Shown here in pieces: positions 34,652-37,046 of a stretch of DNA of 37,046 nucleotides; position 1 is the stretch's first letter, and each line of letters opens with the position of its first letter. The stretch comes from a virus. A program made the translations under genes and the position numbers. The notes beneath the pieces are model-generated. The model worked only from the letters and a program-made list of their open reading frames with translations, did not search any database and was not told the DNA's origin. The stretch is taken from positions 1-37,046 of IMG/VR virus record IMGVR_UViG_3300030397_000824. One strand, written 5' to 3'.

Positions 34652-35320
34652 ATGAAGACTCCACCGAAGTACCCAAGTACACAACATTGGCCGTTCTCCG
34701 AAACGGTACATCGTGATGATACGATTTCGCTGTATAGCGAGAACTTCGTGGGCGTCCCTGTGGTCGTCACAGAGAAGATTGACGGTGGTAATACCTGTCT
34801 GTACCGTGGCGAGGTTTTCGCACGCTCAGTGGACACTCCGTGCCGTGAGGGATGGATGGGAATGGTACGCAAGCATCACGGCTGGAAAACCAACGGAAGC
34901 CGGTTCGAGGATTATGCTTATTACGGCGAGGACATCTTCGGTATTCATTCCATCGAGTACGAACCAGTCCGGGAACAGGATACCTTTCATTTGTTTGCGG
35001 TCCGTCAAACCAGTCAGGATTGGTGGTGTTCATGGAGCACGGTTGAAGATGCCGCGAAAGACCTTGATATGAAAACCGCACCAGTAATTTTCCGTGGTGT
35101 ATTTCATAAGGTAGACGACATTACCAAGTTTTTCCGCGAGGAACTTCGTAAGCCATCAACCATTGGTGGTGATCGCGAGGGATTCGTTATGCGCCATGAG
35201 TTCGGATTCACCCACAACGAGTTCAAAAAATCCGTTTGCAAATACGTTCGCCCGAACCATGTACAGACCGACCAACACTGGCGACGGAATTGGCAACCTT
35301 GTAAATTACTCGGAGATTAA
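34652..35320 (+). CDS. ATP-dependent RNA ligase family protein
   Basis: KYPSTQHWPFS, TEKIDGGNT (motif I KxDG), FARS, YGE, FHLFAV, REGFVMR, KYVR. Confidence 0.9.
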   Translation: MKTPPKYPSTQHWPFSETVHRDDTISLYSENFVGVPVVVTEKIDGGNTCLYRGEVFARSVDTPCREGWMGMVRKHHGWKTNGSRFEDYAYYGEDIFGIHSIEYEPVREQDTFHLFAVRQTSQDWWCSWSTVEDAAKDLDMKTAPVIFRGVFHKVDDITKFFREELRKPSTIGGDREGFVMRHEFGFTHNEFKKSVCKYVRPNHVQTDQHWRRNWQPCKLLGD

Positions 35321-35321
35321 A

Positions 35322-35924
35322 ATGAACAACGAAATTATCGACATGCTGGTGCACCCGTTCAACCACAAGTGGACCGTTCAGGGATTGGGAATGATGCGGA
35401 CATACCTCGATGAAACCCGGCGTCTTCATATCTGGCATTCGGCGCTTAAAGTTCCGGGTGCTACTCCACTCCATGATCACCCATGGGATTTCACATCAGA
35501 AATCATATTCGGCAACATGAATCAAAATCGTTTCGAGATTGTCGAGGGAGAAACTTCATTACACCCGGTACCCATGATGAAACAAAAAATTCAGTGTGGT
35601 GAGGGTGGAGATATGGTTGGTGAGCCCGAGGAGGTTCGGTTGGTTGCAAAACCAATGGAAACTTATTACGAGGGACAATGGTATTCACAAGAGGCCCATG
35701 AGATTCATGATACCTTTCCGATGGATAACACCATCACCATAATCAACCGGGTATACCACGAGAACCGTGACTTCGCAAATGTATATTACGCGAAGGGCGG
35801 GGAATTCGTCAGTGCTCATCCCCGCCCCGCTTCTCCAGCCGAGGTGTTGTTTATCACCCGTGAAGTGTTACGCGCCTATCAGGCTTCTGGGTCTTCCAGT
35901 TCCGGAATATTTCGTCCGGCATGA
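35322..35924 (+). CDS. Cupin-fold metalloprotein
   Basis: Start at ATG 35322 with GGAG SD. RLHIWH...LHDHPWDFTS.I..G...EIH metal-binding pattern. Confidence 0.7.
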   Translation: MNNEIIDMLVHPFNHKWTVQGLGMMRTYLDETRRLHIWHSALKVPGATPLHDHPWDFTSEIIFGNMNQNRFEIVEGETSLHPVPMMKQKIQCGEGGDMVGEPEEVRLVAKPMETYYEGQWYSQEAHEIHDTFPMDNTITIINRVYHENRDFANVYYAKGGEFVSAHPRPASPAEVLFITREVLRAYQASGSSSSGIFRPA

Positions 35925-36388
35925 TCGACTGATGTGATCGCGTAAGATTTCGGCTTTTCTTCTTCCGGAATTTCCCGTTTCAGATTGACCAGAAGCATTC
36001 CGTTTTGAATAAACGGAGGATACTCGTCAGATACTTTGACGTGTTCTCCGAGGCGGGTAATAAAACGGAAATTGCGCTTGGCAAGCCCCTGATGTATGTA
36101 TTCTGATTTAACATCATTGGCTACATCTGAGTCGTCGTGCGCACCACTGATTATCAGGTGGCTGTTTTCAACCACAACCGACAATTCATCCGGACGGAAA
36201 CCAGCAACCGCAACTTCGATGATCCACGAGTCATCACTGGTTTTGATGATGTTACGTGGTGGATAACCGGCTTGCGCACTGATGGCAGCACGAAGGTCAT
36301 TTACCAACGGATTGAATCCCAGAACACCGGGATGAGAAAAGAGAGATTCGAGGTCATCAAAGACACTCATCATGTTTTGCTTGGACAT
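35879..36388 (-). CDS. hsp20: Small heat shock protein Hsp20 (IbpA-like)
   Basis: YPPRNI.K...IEVAVAGF..DEL.V...YIHQGLAKRNF...NGML.V.L.REIPEE.KP. Confidence 0.95.
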   Translation of the reverse strand: MSKQNMMSVFDDLESLFSHPGVLGFNPLVNDLRAAISAQAGYPPRNIIKTSDDSWIIEVAVAGFRPDELSVVVENSHLIISGAHDDSDVANDVKSEYIHQGLAKRNFRFITRLGEHVKVSDEYPPFIQNGMLLVNLKREIPEEEKPKSYAITSVDHAGRNIPELEDPEA

Positions 36389-36394
36389 AATATG

Positions 36395-36471
36395 CCTCCT
36401 CTTAAAGCAAGGTTAATTACAAAATGGACCCTTTCGGCGTCCGCTTAAATGAGTTCCATTCGGCAACTCAT
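36395..36471 (-). promoter_or_regulatory. ROSE-like RNA thermometer in the hsp20 5' UTR
   Basis: Three hairpins; the last is CCUUGCU-UUAAG-AGGAGG, with the ROSE U(U/C)GCU motif pairing to the SD. Confidence 0.7.
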
Positions 36472-36478
36472 ATAACTA

Positions 36479-36484
36479 TATTTA
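36479..36484 (-). promoter_or_regulatory. Late-promoter-like TAAATA for hsp20
   Basis: CATAAATATAGTTA immediately upstream of the first leader hairpin. Confidence 0.65.
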
Positions 36485-36510
36485 TGGTCTATGAACTGAA
36501 AAATCAATAA

Positions 36511-37046
36511 TTATAATCCGGGTATGTCCCCAAGAACATGCCTAACGACTTCCTCGTAGTATTCCCAATCAACAAATGTTTCCCTGTAATGAGATGGAGT
36601 CGTATAATCAATGAGGTCAAACTTCATCTGGAATTGTTTTTCCAACTCATGGTGATGGTACTCGGGATGAAGTTCTTCGGTAGTAATATTGATTGCTTCC
36701 GGGAATAGATCGAATAAGGATTTTGATTTCTGAATTATGGTCCAGTAAACAATATCCAGATATCGGTAATCCGTGAATCCGTTTCCATACAACTTTCCGG
36801 TACCACGAAACTGAATCGGGTCAACTCGTGAGGATTGATACCATGATTGACGGGTCATTCGTGAAATAATTGACGCCATGGAACTCGCTTCATCCATTCT
36901 GCGAAGGGTGACAAAGGTAGCGGGCAATTCACTCAAATAATGGATGTATTCTCTACCATGTCCGCAGACGATGGTTTTGAATGCCGCATTTTTATTCTTG
37001 GCCAAGAATTTATCAACGTACTCACTATCGCGGTCCCACGCGCTTA
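36511..37046 (-). CDS. Hypothetical protein, 5' end beyond the window
   Basis: The frame stays open upstream of 37005 to the window edge (...SAWDRDSEYVDKFLAKNKN...). Confidence 0.6.
   Translation of the reverse strand, partial: SAWDRDSEYVDKFLAKNKNAAFKTIVCGHGREYIHYLSELPATFVTLRRMDEASSMASIISRMTRQSWYQSSRVDPIQFRGTGKLYGNGFTDYRYLDIVYWTIIQKSKSLFDLFPEAINITTEELHPEYHHHELEKQFQMKFDLIDYTTPSHYRETFVDWEYYEEVVRHVLGDIPGL

Noticed and set aside
34381-34711. Extended starts for the nucleotidyltransferase (34560) and the small ORF (34711)
   Set aside because: The extensions overlap a separate SD-supported 62 aa gene, the promoter and the ligase; the shorter starts fit better.
1-37046. CRISPR array, tRNA or rRNA genes
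   Set aside because: Intergenic gaps are short (under about 200 nt), with no spaced direct repeats or cloverleaf seen by eye; a tRNAscan run would confirm.
1-37046. Stop-codon reassignment
   Set aside because: Long genes are intact under the standard bacterial code, and TAA, TGA and TAG all end plausible genes.

Overview
This window is a gene-dense segment of a large (probably jumbo) myovirus genome with T4-like morphogenesis genes. Left arm (minus strand): a tail sheath gene running off the window start, gp15-, gp14- and gp13-like neck/tail-completion genes interleaved with probable encapsidated effector genes (ART-like, ParB-like), and an inverted zinc-finger-repeat/GIY-YIG-like endonuclease. 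8.5-13.3 kb: an early/accessory island with a vWA gene pair, small ORFs and sigma70-type promoters. 13.4-33.1 kb (plus strand, TAAATA late promoters): six 680-762 aa fibre-like genes, the last four sharing shuffled modules and the last five carrying Gly-rich repeats, plus two separate tip genes, a sulfotransferase/Stealth-like fusion and another fibre-repeat gene. Right end: an RNA ligase and a Pol-beta-type nucleotidyltransferase on a bidirectional promoter, a cupin, and an Hsp20 with a ROSE-like leader. The best candidate for an undescribed system is the modular, possibly plug-and-socket and glycan-decorated, virion fibre locus. All family calls come from motif recognition by eye; no database searches were run.
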